From positions 41,664,001-41,728,000 of the forward strand of contig OX597829.1 of assembly GCA_951406725.2 (NCBI GenBank): DNA of 64,000 bases, given 5' to 3'. The position numbers and the translations under genes are program-made. The first letter of the stretch is position 1. The number at the start of each line of letters is the position of its first letter. The stretch is from Octopus vulgaris (taxonomy: Eukaryota). Positions 1 through 12,289 of this stretch are shown here, piece by piece. The notes under the pieces were generated by a model that worked only from the letters and a program-made list of their open reading frames with translations, was not told the origin of the DNA and ran no database searches.

Positions 1-108
1 TGTTTTTTGTCAATTAAGAAGAGCAACTGTCCCTCCCCCATCTCAACTACTCAATTCGTTATATCAAGGGGGCACTATATAACAAAAAAACATGTGACCA
101 GTTATGTT

Positions 109-228
109 CTAGCAGCACTTTTTCTTTGGCTTTACAGATTTGTTTGTCAAATGTATTCCTTCTTCAGCAACCTTCCTTTGTTGTTCTTTCTTATTTACAA
201 GAACTTGTTTGGTAATTCCTAAAAACAG
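109..228 (-). CDS. Rab35: Rab35-like GTPase, last coding exon (LFLGITKQVLVNKKEQQRKVAEEGIHLTNKSVKPKKKCC*)
   Basis: Poly-T tract then tgCAG acceptor, phase 0. Basic C-terminus with di-cysteine geranylgeranylation motif and TAG stop at 111-109. The 3' UTR runs off the window start. Confidence 0.94.
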   Translation of the reverse strand: MFLGITKQVLVNKKEQQRKVAEEGIHLTNKSVKPKKKCC

Positions 229-238
229 CTGCAGATTT

Positions 239-271
<33 letters not shown>

Positions 272-989
272 TAATTATTTGAGGGAGTAATAATCCTAAC
301 TTATAGGAAAAAATTCAATTTAGAAATACTAAATCAAATTTCACACAATATAATATAATAAAGAAGATTGAATTGTGTTAAATGATCAGACGAGAAATGA
401 TTTTTATAATTACTTTTTCTTTTTTTTTAATGTCATTGTTGCAAAAGTTTTGCTTATTTATTCATATTTCATCATCATCGTTTTTTTTTAATTTCATTGT
501 TGCAAAAGTTTTGCTTATTTATTATACTGTTTAATTTTATTTTGTTTTATTTGTTCAATCTTATTTTTTATAAATCTTTTTTTCATTTTTTTTTTCCAAA
601 ATTTTATTTGAATTTTATATATATATATAATTTAGAATAGAACATAAAAGAGAGAAGTTAATGATGATATATGATATACACATATAAAAACAATGATACA
701 ACAGTAATCACAAGAGTAATGCTATAGTAAAAATCCTTCCTGCTATAGGTGTTATGCCTTTAGCAGAAAATTGTGTGTGTGTGTGTGTGGGGGGATTGGT
801 CTAATGCATCAATCTCAATGCTCAGCTGGTACATATTTTATTGATCCTGATGGGATGCAAAGCAAAGACAATCTCACCAGGGATTTCAACTAAAAATAAA
901 TAATAATAATAATACTATATAGGACCGAGGTAACTTATCCAGAAGTTATACACAAATAAATAGAAAAGTGCCATATCATGTGAAATTGG

Positions 990-1032
990 TTGAACAATAT
1001 TTCGACATCTAGCATGCCTTCCTCAGGTTCAA
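990..1032 (-). ncRNA. Minimal type I hammerhead ribozyme motif in a ~143-bp repeat unit (914-1090)
   Basis: Minus strand: TTGAAC-CTGAGGA-A-GGCAT-gctag-ATGTC-GAAA-TA-TT-GTTCAA. 6-bp stem I, core CUGANGA/GAAA, palindromic ATAT stem III. Flanked by 34-bp direct repeats at 914-947 and 1057-1090. Confidence 0.65.
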
Positions 1033-1171
1033 AGTCAGTCTACTTCATTTTTTAAGACTATAGAGGACCGAGGTAACTCATCCAGAAGTTGTTGTTGTTG
1101 GTGGTGGTGGTGATGATGATGTTGTTGTTGTTGGTGGTGATGATGATGATGATGATGATGATGTTGTTGTA

Positions 1172-1662
1172 GTACCAGGCAGTGGCTCTCATGGCTTCTG
1201 ATCTTAACTGATTGGAAGTGTTATCATGTACATTGTTTTGTTTTGGTATAAAAAATGGGCTACAGCAAATATTCTGCTCAATACCACAGATTTGCTCGTC
1301 ATTTGTTTGACTGTAATCAGTTGAGCATGTCCCTTAGTGACTGACGATATGTGCATCTCTGATCACGTGCAGAAGTAGTGGGGGAGTATCATAGCCATGT
1401 ATTGAGAGGAATTCTTAGGGGTTTGGATAATTCACCACTGGAAACATGGGTGTTTTGTTTAACATCCTTAAACAACCCTTATTCAGGGACCTTTTGAGTG
1501 GGATGGGCTACTCAACCTGAAGAAAATTCTAACTGGGCCCCACCTGCAAGGTCATGCACTGTTTATCTTGATATGAGATCACCATGTCGTGCACATGTGG
1601 TTGTGATGCATGTGCCTAGTGTACCCTTATCAGACGGGTAGTCATGATGGGTATACTGGGCT
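1172..1662. repeat. Interspersed repeat of unknown class next to a (TGA/TGT)n tract
   Basis: The internal part 1264-1433 recurs at 27783-27955. Confidence 0.6.
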
Positions 1663-2203
1663 TTTACCTCAGGGTCACATTGATGGCATGTGGCAGAACC
1701 GTTAGCATGCCGGGCGAAATGTGTAGCCATATTTCGTCTGCCGTTACGTTCTGAGTTCAAATTCCGCCGAGGTCAACTTTGCCTTTCGTCCTTTCGGGGT
1801 CGATAAATTAAGTACCAGTTACGCACTGGGGTCAATGTAATCTGTCCTTGTTTGTCCCCTCTATGTTTAGCCCCTTGTGGGTAATAAAGAAACAAATAAT
1901 AATAATAATGATGATGATGATGATGATGATGGCTTCATATTTATGTACAAGGCCAATAATTTCAGGGGAGGGGCTGTGTTGATTAAATTGACCTCAATGC
2001 TCAACTGGTACTTATTTTATCGACCCTGAAAGGATGAAAGGCAAATTTGATCTCAGTGGCATTTGAACTCAGAAAGTAAAGCCGGAAGAAACGTCACAAA
2101 GCATTTTGTCTGGTGTGCTAAATGCTTCTGCCAGTTTACCATCTTAATGTATAAGTAAGCATGAATGATGTTATTAACCCATTTGCTACTTATTTTAAAC
2201 CAG

Positions 2204-2405
2204 TATTTGAAACAGAATTTTATAGCTGAATAATCTTTCCATCTCCAACTCTTTTTCAATTAATCCTTTAACATTCAGATTACTTTGTCAAATGTAATGC
2301 TTATCACATTATTACATTTGACAAAATAATCTGAATGTTAAAGATTTAATTGAAAAAGAGTTGGAGACAAGAAAAGCATTCAACTATAAAATGTTGTTTC
2401 AAATA
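2204..2405. repeat. Fold-back inverted duplication, ~95-bp arms, 12-bp spacer
   Basis: 2204-2298 versus 2311-2405; the inner ~55 bp are nearly identical. Confidence 0.85.
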
Positions 2406-3164
2406 ATTCCTCCCCTAATTCATGCTAGCAAGGAAAAATGGACATCAAATGAACAGACAGACAGACAGACACTTTAGTAAATTGTTCCAAAACGTTGATT
2501 ACATTAAAAATTAAATGAAATGCATAAGCAGTCTACTGATTTGAAATAAGTTGGAAATGAGTTAAACAAATTAAGTCACATCAATGACATAGAAATTCCT
2601 TTATTTGTAATCTTTTCATTCTGGGTTTGAACCCATTGCGTAGCACCTTTAGCAAGTATCTTGTGCCGTACTTTTGAGCTGACTGAAATACTGACATTGT
2701 AACTGAATAAGTAAATGAAACTATGCTGAAACCCAGTTTGATATTACCACTTGGCCCTTGGAGTCAGCCGAGCAGAGTCCAAACCATAAACTAATCATAT
2801 CCAACCCAAATATTTTACTTGTTCTTTGTTCAAACCAGCCAGATCAAGACTTTTACACCTACCCTACAATGCCATTTTAAAAATAAACAATCACAATCTC
2901 AATTCTGTGAAAAAATGTACGGTTAATTCAAAATGATGTGAGTAAATAAGCATTATAGTTGGTCGACTAATCTAAATTCTAAAGGGTTAAAGAATACAGG
3001 TGGGGTTTCCTGTCTGAGAACAATTCATAAGTTTTGATTTCTTAAAAATGTGCTTTTATTTCCATCAGCCTCAGACACCTGGAAAAGCAGTCATGGACGC
3101 TATTCTTCTTCTCCAAGAAGCCATTAAGAATTAAAAACAAAATTTTTTAAAAATATATACACGG

Positions 3165-3537
3165 CAAGTGAAAATCAAAATCAAAATCGATCAACATCAA
3201 TGGAAATTGTAGCTGTGATACCAGTGTCGGTGGCACGTAAGAGAAACATCCGAACGTGGCCGTTGCCAGCACTGCCCCGACTGGCCTCCGTGCCGGTGGC
3301 ACATAAAAAGCACCATCCGATTGTGGCCGTTGCCAGCCTCGCCTGGCCTCTGTGCCGGTGGCATGTAAAAAGCACCCACTACACTCATGGAGTGGTTGGC
3401 GTTAGGAAGGGCATCCAACCGTAGAAACACTGCCAGATCTGACTGGGCCTGATGAAGCCTTCTGGCTTCCCATACCCCAGTTGAACCGTCCAACCCATGC
3501 TAGCATGGAAAGCGGATTTTAAATGATGATGATGATG
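3165..3537 (+). mobile_element. Family C repeat: tandem ~62-66-bp hairpin units, conserved 3' body, (ATG)n tail
   Basis: GTG(C/T)CGGTGGCA units at 3224, 3290 and 3352; 3' body GGAGTGGTTGGCGTTAGGAAGGGCATCC...CCAACCCATGCTAGCATGGAAAGCGGA..(ATG)n. Short copies at 20851-21029, 40418-40498 and 52508-52613. Confidence 0.8.
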
Positions 3538-3577
3538 ACTTCTGGTCAAATTTAGAGAATGGTATGAAAACATTATC

Positions 3578-3801
3578 TGTTTCTTTATTGCCCACAAGGG
3601 GCTAAACATAGAGGGGACAGACAAACGGATTAAGTCGATTATATAGACCCTAGTGCGATAACTGGTACTTAATTTATCGACCCCAAAAGGATGAAAGGCA
3701 AAGTCGACCTTGGTGGAATTTGAACTCAGAACGCAACGACAGACGCAATACCGCTAAGCATTTCGCCCGGCGTGCTAACGTTTCTGCCAGCTCGCCACCT
3801 T
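3578..3801 (-). mobile_element. SINE family B (~230 bp) with 20-bp TSD, ~60 bp from the exon 5 donor
   Basis: Head GGYGGCGAGCTGGCAGAA..GAGTTCAAATTCC; core GTCGACTTTGCCTTTCATCCTTT.GGGGTCGATAAATTAAGTACCAG. TSD AATGGTATGAAAACATTATC at 3558-3577 and 3802-3821. Other copies at about 1688-1893, 21501-21733, 22215-22443, 25247-25483, 36171-36476, 37731-37965, 54643-54876, 63571-63772. Confidence 0.87.
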
Positions 3802-3862
3802 AATGGTATGAAAACATTATCAATGTCTAAACAAGGAAAATAATGGGAAAATATTTATTTAC

Positions 3863-3987
3863 CTCTTCCACATTTATGTCTTCTTTAGCACTGGCTTCAA
3901 ATAGCAGTATTCCCATCTGGTTGGCAAACCTTTGAGCATCTTCTGTAAGAACCACTCGTTTTTCTTCATCGTCACACTTATTACCAA
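3863..3987 (-). CDS. Rab35: Rab35-like GTPase, coding exon 5 (125 bp; VGNKCDDEEKRVVLTEDAQRFANQMGILLFEASAKEDINVEE)
   Basis: ttcTAG acceptor and GTAAA donor. Contains G4 NKxD and G5 SAK motifs; in frame with exon 4 (G+TT=Val). Confidence 0.96.
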
Positions 3988-4947
3988 CTAGAAATATATA
4001 TATATAAAAAATTCTTTAACAAATTCTTTACCACATTTCAAGTTGAAAAGTTCCAAATACTGGCTTCAAATTTATACTAGTCTAAAAACTTGGTGTTGCG
4101 TGTTCACAGAGTTGTTCGCATTTTAAAGGAGGATGTGGGTGTAAATTCCCCTGGCCCCACAGTATTCCTATAGGGGGCAGTGCCTTCATTCTTACACCCT
4201 CCACTATTGGATTTGTAAGCTTTGAACTACATTGAATCTGAAACAAGTCAACGAAAGGAAATAATCAAACCCCTCAAAAGACATCCAATCCTCAATAAAA
4301 ATTGGATGCAGAAAAACAAGTAAAAACAAAACAAAAAAACCCCCCAAAAACCTGGCAAAAAAAAGTTGTGTTAGATTTATACAGGTGCAAGAGTGGCTGT
4401 GTGGTAGAAGCTTGCTTTCTAACCGCATGGTTCCTGGTTCAGTTTCACTGCCTGGTACCTTGAGCAAGTGTCTTCTATCATCGACTTGAGCTGATCAAGG
4501 CCTTGTGAATGGATTTGGTAGTTGGAAACTGAAAGGAGCCTGTCATGTATATGTGAAAGTGTGTGTATATTTGTCCCCCACCACAGCTTGACAACTGGTG
4601 TTGGTGTATTTATGTCCCCCATAACTTAGCAGTTCAGCAAAAGAAACTGATAGAATAAGTATCAGGCTTAGAAAAAACAGTAAGTATTGGGGTCAATTTA
4701 TTTGAGTAAAAATTCTTCAAGAAAGTGCTCCAGCATGGCCACAGTCTAATGATTGAGACAAGTAAGAGAAAATTAAAAAAAGAAATAAGATTAATGGATA
4801 AACCATCTACAAAACTAAAAGAAAAAAATGCTAAATGAAACAGAACAATAGGAAGTAATATGGCGGAATGGTAAAATGGGTCACAAGTTTTGAATGTTGC
4901 TACCAGCAAAGCAAGGTACATAACTCTAGTTGCTTCAGTTTGTTTAA

Positions 4948-5168
4948 CCCTTTCGTTACTGTATTCATTTTGAGATGCTCTGTGTTTCTTTCAATTATTT
5001 TAAATATAACAAAGAATTTGGTAAAATAATTTAATTACCATTAAGCTAGTGTTAGGAACATAAATTGTGACTAAGGTTTGGTGGAAGATTTTAATTCAAA
5101 ACTTAAGAAAACAAGACATTTGTACTACAGAGCCAGAGCTGGTTTTGGCTGTGTTAGTAATGAAAGGG
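4948..5168. mobile_element. 221-bp piggyBac-type MITE
   Basis: TTAA-CCCTTTCGTTAC...GTAATGAAAGGG-TTAA; closely related copy at 47314-47534. Confidence 0.8.
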
Positions 5169-6227
5169 TTAATTCTTGCGTGTAACGATGTAAAAAAAAT
5201 TGTTGTCAAAATTATTGTAATGGTGTCTAACCTATAAATTATGAGTAATTAATTGATTGAATTTACAGAATAATCTGCTAATACAGACTAAAAAATATTA
5301 GTATGAAACAGAAATGCAGTTTAATATGAATTTTAAAGAAATAGTTAGAAAAATGAATTTAAAGCTAACATTTAAAAAATTTTTTTTTTTACTACAGAAG
5401 GCAGATATATCTACTCAAATATTTCATTATACTTAAATACAGAAAGCAGGTTTATATACGAAATTTATCTTTTGTAGAGGAATGTCATGTTTGGAACCAT
5501 TTGCTGTTGAGGTATGTCAAGTGTGTTGAGGCAATGTGACTGGGAGAAAATGCCAATTCTATTTTTTTGGTAGATATTTAACATTATTACTAGAATTAAC
5601 CATAAAATTTAATTTTGCAGTGAACATGGTAAGTTATTTTCCACATTTAAGAGAAAGCAAATTTGTTAATTCAGATCTTGGACAATAAGGTCATTGCAGT
5701 TAGAAAGCAATCTGTGTGCATTCTAGTTTTTAAGTGAAGTAGTGAAAAAACAACAACCCTATATGATGGATAGCACATGGCCTAATGGCTAGGGTGTTGC
5801 ACTCATAATCTTGTGATGGTGGTTTCAATCTCCAGACTGACATTTTACTTTTTTTTTTTTTTTTGAGCAAACCACATTTTATATTGCTCCAGTCCACTCA
5901 GCTGTAAATGGGTAAACCCGCAACGGACTGGCTTTTCATTCAAGGAAAATGCTGGCCTTCCTGCCTAGCCAGTAGGGTGACATCATTCGAAAACTACAAC
6001 AAGCAAGGAAGCACATTGTAACCAGTGAAGTATAACATCTGCTACTCAGATTGATACAGTGATACAGAGTAAAGAACTTATAAGAAATAAAATTAATAAC
6101 TCATGAGGAAAGAGAAAGTTGCTCAATACAACATGGAAAAGACAGAATCAGAAAATAGTATCAAAATTTAACCCATTTACGGTTTATCACAAAAATTTCC
6201 TTTTAAATTTCCTAAAATGTAATGATG

Positions 6228-6627
6228 CGTCCCTAAAATCCATCCCCTCCTCACCGTGGTGGTGACGCTGGTAACAGGTAGTGTCAGAGCTATGCTGTCG
6301 GGAACTTCGGTTCCTGGCGGGGCCACCCAAGGCGGATTTCAACAGTATGCAGTTTACAAAAATATCGCTTTTGGTTTTGATTACAGCAAAGTTTGTGGGA
6401 ATAAACTGGTAAAAATCCTCGGAGTGTCTGTTTCGGCAACCGGCGGATCCTTGGTCGTTCTGTCCCTGCGTCTGCAGACAATCTGCGGCAAACAGGATGT
6501 CTCCACATGTGGGATTGTTGGGGACCGCTTGTGAAATCCACATATTCCCACAAAACTTCTTCCATAAGTAGAAGCCGACTCAATCCGCCCAGGATGAATG
6601 TTGCCACAAGTACAAGTAAGTAAGTAG
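6228..6627 (+). mobile_element. Young ~400-bp non-autonomous non-LTR retroelement, probably RTE-derived
   Basis: Perfect 15-bp TSD TAAAATGTAATGATG at 6213-6227 and 6628-6642; (AAGT)n tail; CpG-rich. The 5' segment (GAGCTATGCT...CCTGG..GGGCCACCCA) resembles RTE 5' UTRs as I recall them. Confidence 0.75.
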
Positions 6628-8132
6628 TAAAATGTAATGATGATTGTTGTTTATCCTCAGAACTACCCAAATCTTGTATACCTTAAAGGTTTAATTTTCC
6701 ATCAGTACCTAACCTTCTTTTGAAATAAGGCATAGTCTATTTTGGACTACATTATCTAGTGTGTCTCTCTTTGGTGTTGCAGTCATTGTTTATCCCCCCA
6801 AATCGACTCCAGTTCAGAATATCTATCTTTCAACAATGACCGCTATTTTTTCCATTCCCCAGAAATAGTTAATGTATTTTGGACAATATCTTCCAGTGTC
6901 TTTCCTCAGTTTATCCCCAGATTCAATAACCAATAATCCAAGGGGTTCCATTTAATTTATAAAGATTATCTGTTATCTCAATCAACTATAATTCACACCA
7001 CATTTCCCCCTTAACTCCTAAGCATTTAAGTTGGCCATACCTGGCTCAAATATTCTACCTGGTTTTTTATATTTGAACTGGCCAGATCAAGCCTCTTACA
7101 CCCTACTCGACAGTGTCATTGTAAAAATAGACAATCACCTAATCAAAATCTTTAAGTTATGAGATAATTAGATAATGCCATTTCTACCTAAATATGATAG
7201 TAAATACTGTGAAATTTTCAACAGTATGCAGTTTACAAAAATATCTCTTTTGGTTTTGATTACAGCAAAGTTTGTTGGAATAAACTCTGGGAAGTATAAA
7301 AACGTTTGTGGTCATATTTCCTATGAAATATGCCGCCAATACATTTCAATTAATTTTGAAAATAATCAGTAAGTTAGAAGGGATTTAAGTTATGTAGCAA
7401 ACTTCCTCAGGTGTATAACTTAACAAAAACATTCTTATATAAGGCTATGCTTGAGGGCTTTGAGGTTTACTATCATAGAGGCAGTGGTGGTCACAGGTAA
7501 ATTGTTAACAAAAGGATTAATGACAATACCTGAGTCAGTAGATAGATCAGAATTAAGAAACCAAGTGTGCTTAGGTAAATATTAACTGAGAAGATGAAGG
7601 GACAAATGGGAAAAGGGACTGAATTAATAATGTAGATGCTTTAAAACAAATTCATCATCCAAAATTTCCCAGAGGAAATTCAAGGGAAAGCACAGTGAAT
7701 TCAAGCAGGGATCTATACTGATCAAAAGCTAGACAGCAACAGATGCTCTCCTACTGATACGCCCAGCTTGTTATGTGAAAATGGATTAAGCCTGTCACCT
7801 GAATAAACATCATCGCAGAATTTGGATGCTTTTCTAAACCACATCCATGGTAGGTATCCAGAATAGAAAAAATGTCAGAAAGTATTTCAGTAATGACTAA
7901 TGAATGACTATTATGTCCCTTTATCTTTCATCATTCACTTACTTCAGTCATTGGGCTGCAACCATGTTGGAGTATGGCCTTGAAGGTTTTTAGTTGGATA
8001 AATCAACCCCAGTGTTTACTTTTTAAAGTCTTATACTTATTCTCTCAATCTCTTTTGCCAAACCACTAAATTACAGGTATGTAAACCAACTGACACTGTT
8101 TGTTGAAGAGTAGTGAGGGATAAACAGAAATG

Positions 8133-8166
<34 letters not shown>

Positions 8167-9027
8167 TACATATATATGAGCTTCTTTCAGTTTCTATCTA
8201 CCATATCCATTGACAAGACTTTAGTCAACCCAATGGTTATAAATACCCAACCATGGTGCCACACAGTGGGAGTGAATCTGGTACTATGTGATTGGGAAGA
8301 AAACTTCACGTCACACAGGCATACTTGTGCCTTTCTTTGTTTCAAAGCATTTTTAGCAGTTTTCAATATTTAAAAAAAACTTTTTACATTCTACATGTTG
8401 TTTCTTAAGGTTTACTAAACTGGATCCAGTATAAATGGAGGAGGAGGTGGAGGACAGAGAGGGAGGGGGCAATCAAATGCAACATCAGAAATACAAACTT
8501 GAGAAAAATAGATTAGATCTGATAAGAGGGCTTCACAGATGAGTTACTACAAGACAGAAAATTATAGTGACATGATTTTGATATTGTTCAACATGCACTT
8601 GCATGTAGGGGAGAAACAAGTCCTATATGTTCACCATCATCATATATGTGTATGTGTACGTGTGCGTCTTTGTGTCTGTGTTTGTCCCCCCATCACTGCC
8701 TGACAACTGGTGTTGGCATGTTTACATCCATGTAACTTAACGGTTCAGCAAAAGAAAAACTGATAGAATAAGTACTAGGCTTAAAAAAGAAATTAGTCCT
8801 AGGGTCAATTTCTTCGAATAAAACCCTTCAAGGTAGTGCCCCAGCATGGCTGCAGTCAAATGACTGAAACAAGAATGAAAATATTTTGTGTATTGTAGAA
8901 TGATGACCGATTTATTGCAAGTAAATTTTAGCAATAAATATAGACCCCCCTAAGGGTCATATGGATTCCTGTTGAGAACCACTGGTGTAGATGATTGGTT
9001 AGAAATATCAAATATTATTAAACTTAC

Positions 9028-9152
9028 CTAAAATTCGACTGACTAGATCACAGTTTTGGTCAATTTCATGTAACCAGCGCTTCACATTAGCAAAAGATTC
9101 TCCACTAGTAACATCATAAACTATTATAACACCATGAGTTCCTCTGTAGTAC
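9028..9152 (-). CDS. Rab35: Rab35-like GTPase, coding exon 4 (125 bp; [41 protein letters not shown])
   Basis: tttcaCAG acceptor and GTAAG donor. YYRGTHGV and KRWLHEI-x-QNC are characteristic of Rab35. Overlaps ORF 9008..9190. Confidence 0.97.
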
Positions 9153-9281
9153 CTGTGAAAGACAAAGTAAAATGAGTATATGTATTGCACTTTCAGATGA
9201 ATTCTTTCATTTCTTTCTTTTCCATTTATTTTAATCCTCTCTTATCATTATATTTGGGGATGATCTATTTTTTGCCAATGG

Positions 9282-9732
9282 GGCAAGTGAAATCGGAATC
9301 GAAATTGAAAACCAATCCTATGACTGGCACCCGGCAGTTGCCAGTGCTGCTGGACTGACTCCTGTGCAGGTGGCAAGTAAAGAAACACCGTTTCGACCCT
9401 GTGCTTGAGGAGACCTATTGAGTCAAGTACATCAACATCAAAAATCAATGGAAATTGTAGTTGTGATCCCTGTGCCGGTGGCATGTAAAAAGCACCATCC
9501 GAACATGGCCAATGCCAGCGCCGCCTTGACTGGCTTCTGTGCCGGTGGCATGTAAAAAGCACCCACTACACTCACGGAGTGGTTGGTGTTAGGAAGGGCA
9601 TCCAGCTGTAGAAACACTGCCAAATCAGACTGGAGCCTGATGCAGCCTTCTGGCTTCCCAGACCCCAGTCAAACTGTCCAACCCATGCTAGCGTGGAAAA
9701 CGGACGTTAAACGATGATGATGATGATGATGA
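9282..9732 (+). mobile_element. Family C repeat
   Basis: Same body and (ATG)n tail as 3165-3537. Confidence 0.8.
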
Positions 9733-11062
9733 TAATCACATGTGCTATACACTTGGTCTTCACATTTGCTTGATTATCATTATTTTCATTTCATTGTCTT
9801 TTGTCTGGAAATCTTTTCTCACACATACTGTGACCTCTTTCAGTGACCCACCATCCCCACATGCCTCCTTCTGTTCTATTTAGTCCATTCTAAGACTAAA
9901 GAATGAACTAAACAGTGAGAACGGACTAAATAGAACAGGAAGAGACACATGAAATGGAGAGTTGCTGAAGAGGTCACAGGATATATGACAAACGTTTTCC
10001 AGACACAGGACACTAAAATAAGGATAATAATAAAACCAAAGTGGCGAGTGGTTATTTGGCAAAAATATGACCATCCCCAAGTATAACATTTGTTTCAACA
10101 CACAATTTCACATCAAGAATCTTGCAAAACAAATACATAAATGTAATATTTTTTATCATAGGTGATTTTTTTTAGATGTATTCTATAACTTATTATTTTT
10201 TTTTTTTTTGAAATTTGAAGTAATTCTATCTCTTTTCAGACATATAATGATTACCATGTAGAAAAAATAACATGAATTTATTTGACAACCCAATGAAGTA
10301 TAAGTATATCTTATATTCTTTATTTTAATATTTGTATTGATTAATTTATAAACTCGTTATTTTAACTCATTAAAGAAGAGATCATTAAAAATAAATTCCT
10401 TGGTCTGAGGAGGAATGGTTAGGTTTAAGCCATAACCTTTTATAAACTAATAATAAATCTCTGAGTGAGGTATAAACAGTAACTGCACAACATCATGAAG
10501 TATATTTGCCACATAAATGTGGCTAACCCTTAAGGGTGGATGCTACTGTAGCTTGTCTTCCAGCTGGCTATTGACATGCTTTCTGTGCCCTATCAGTATT
10601 TGCAAAGGGAAGCCATCCTTTCCATCTCCAGCCTGACATGATACACACAGACCCAAGTTTCTGGTTATTGACTTTTCTTCACTAGAATTGGTATGGCAAT
10701 TCATTTAGGCTTCAACTTCCATAGTTTAATGGATCAAAACGAAATTTTTAATTTTAGAAAACTAGCTACAACAGAAAGTATTGTAAAGATCAAACAGCTA
10801 TGTAAAAAAGCTAAGAGCTACATGACACTAAATTATATATACATATATAGAATACTTTATGCATATACACTATTGACAGACCAGGTACTATAGGATTTAT
10901 TCTGAGATAACATCTCTTAGGGACTAGCTGTGTTAAAAACACAAATATGAGAGAGAGAGAGAGAGATGGAAATTCAAAAGCAAGTAAGAGCAACAGATAC
11001 ATTTTGGCCATTTGGGGTTTTTTAATGACATGTACTCTCTCTGACATTTATTGTGGTGTTAA

Positions 11063-12147
11063 CCCTTTCGATACCAAACCGCCCAAAACTGCCCCCCAAA
11101 AATTTTGGTTAATGTGACCAAACCGCCCAAAGCCGTCCGAATTTACCTGTTCATATTTAAATGAGAATATCAGAGCAAATCTCTTTAGTACATTCGTGAA
11201 AACACGTATTATACTTCGTAAACAGTTCAACTACAGTTTTGTACAAAAATCGAAGTGTAATTTTAATTCCGTGAATTTTGGGAGATTTTTTCCCGAAATT
11301 TGTTCCTATTGTGTTTTCAAAATTTGTAATTCTGACAAAAAATGGATACGAATTTCATTATATCAAGCAGCGAGTCAGAATTCGAAGGATTTTCTACTGA
11401 AGACCTTGATAAATCTAACTCTATGACTGAAAAAAAAAGCATGTGGTATTTGATAATGAATCTGATGTTTCATTTTCCGAAAGTGAAAACAGTGAATCCG
11501 AGAGCTCCGACAGCGATAAAGAAAATGAATTGGCACCTGAATGGAGTGAAAATTTAAAAACTGTTTCTTTCGGTGATTTTTCTGAAGAAACTGGACCAAG
11601 CCACAGACTTTCCCAGAAGAGTAAAGCCTTAGACTATTTCTTTTTACTTTTTCGAATGAGCCTATTTGAAATCATTACGGCGGAAACGAACCGTTACGCT
11701 AAACGTAAACAAAACGAAAGAAAGGATAGTTTGTCGTTTCCCACAACCTTAAATGAAATTAAGACTATTTTGCCATAAATATTATTATGGGTATCAGAAA
11801 GTTACCCAGAATAACAAATTCTATCGTAAAATTTTGTTGTATACCCAATTGAATATTAGCTAATAACCCATTTTCTATAGCGATGTTTGAACAAAATTTT
11901 AATAATTTTATATTTTGTTGAATTTACCTGTATCTACCTGCAATTAGAGTCACTTTGTGACAAAAATTATAGTATAGAATTGGTTGAGAACATTTCATTA
12001 AATTATCTTCCAAAATTCATGTTAATATATTGATAAATAAAAAAGCTATAGTTATTTAATGAAACCAGACTAAATTTATGATTACGTTAGAAATTAATTG
12101 AAACACATAAGGGGTGTATTTTGGTCAGAAATATAGTAACGAAAGGG
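11063..12147 (+). mobile_element. Internally deleted piggyBac transposon with N-terminal transposase remnant
   Basis: TTAA target sites at 11059-62 and 12148-51; terminal repeats CCCTTTCGATAC / CCCTTTCGTTAC. Frameshifted ORFs 11342-11820 with an acidic N-terminus and piggyBac motifs DYFFLLF..ETNRYA..PTTLNEIK..IIMGIRKLP; no catalytic DDD region. Confidence 0.88.
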
Positions 12148-12289
12148 TTAATACTGCTAATCCATAAGGGATGTTACATCAAAATAAATACTGTAGTGGT
12201 TGGCCTACTGACAGTGTGTATGCATTAAGTATGTTGTACATGTGGCTATTTTTATAAAATACTGCCTTAATTGTGTATACCAGATATGT

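Noticed and set aside
7-222. 71-aa plus-strand ORF
   Set aside because: It is antisense to the last Rab35 exon and has no recognisable protein features.
3220-3375. CRISPR-like array from regularly spaced GTGCCGGTGGCAC repeats
   Set aside because: Eukaryotic context, spacers are related to each other, no cas genes; these are internal units of family C.
6187-6670. Three overlapping ORFs of 92-126 aa
   Set aside because: They lie in or across a TSD-bounded retroelement and have no recognisable domain; GC richness explains the lack of stops.
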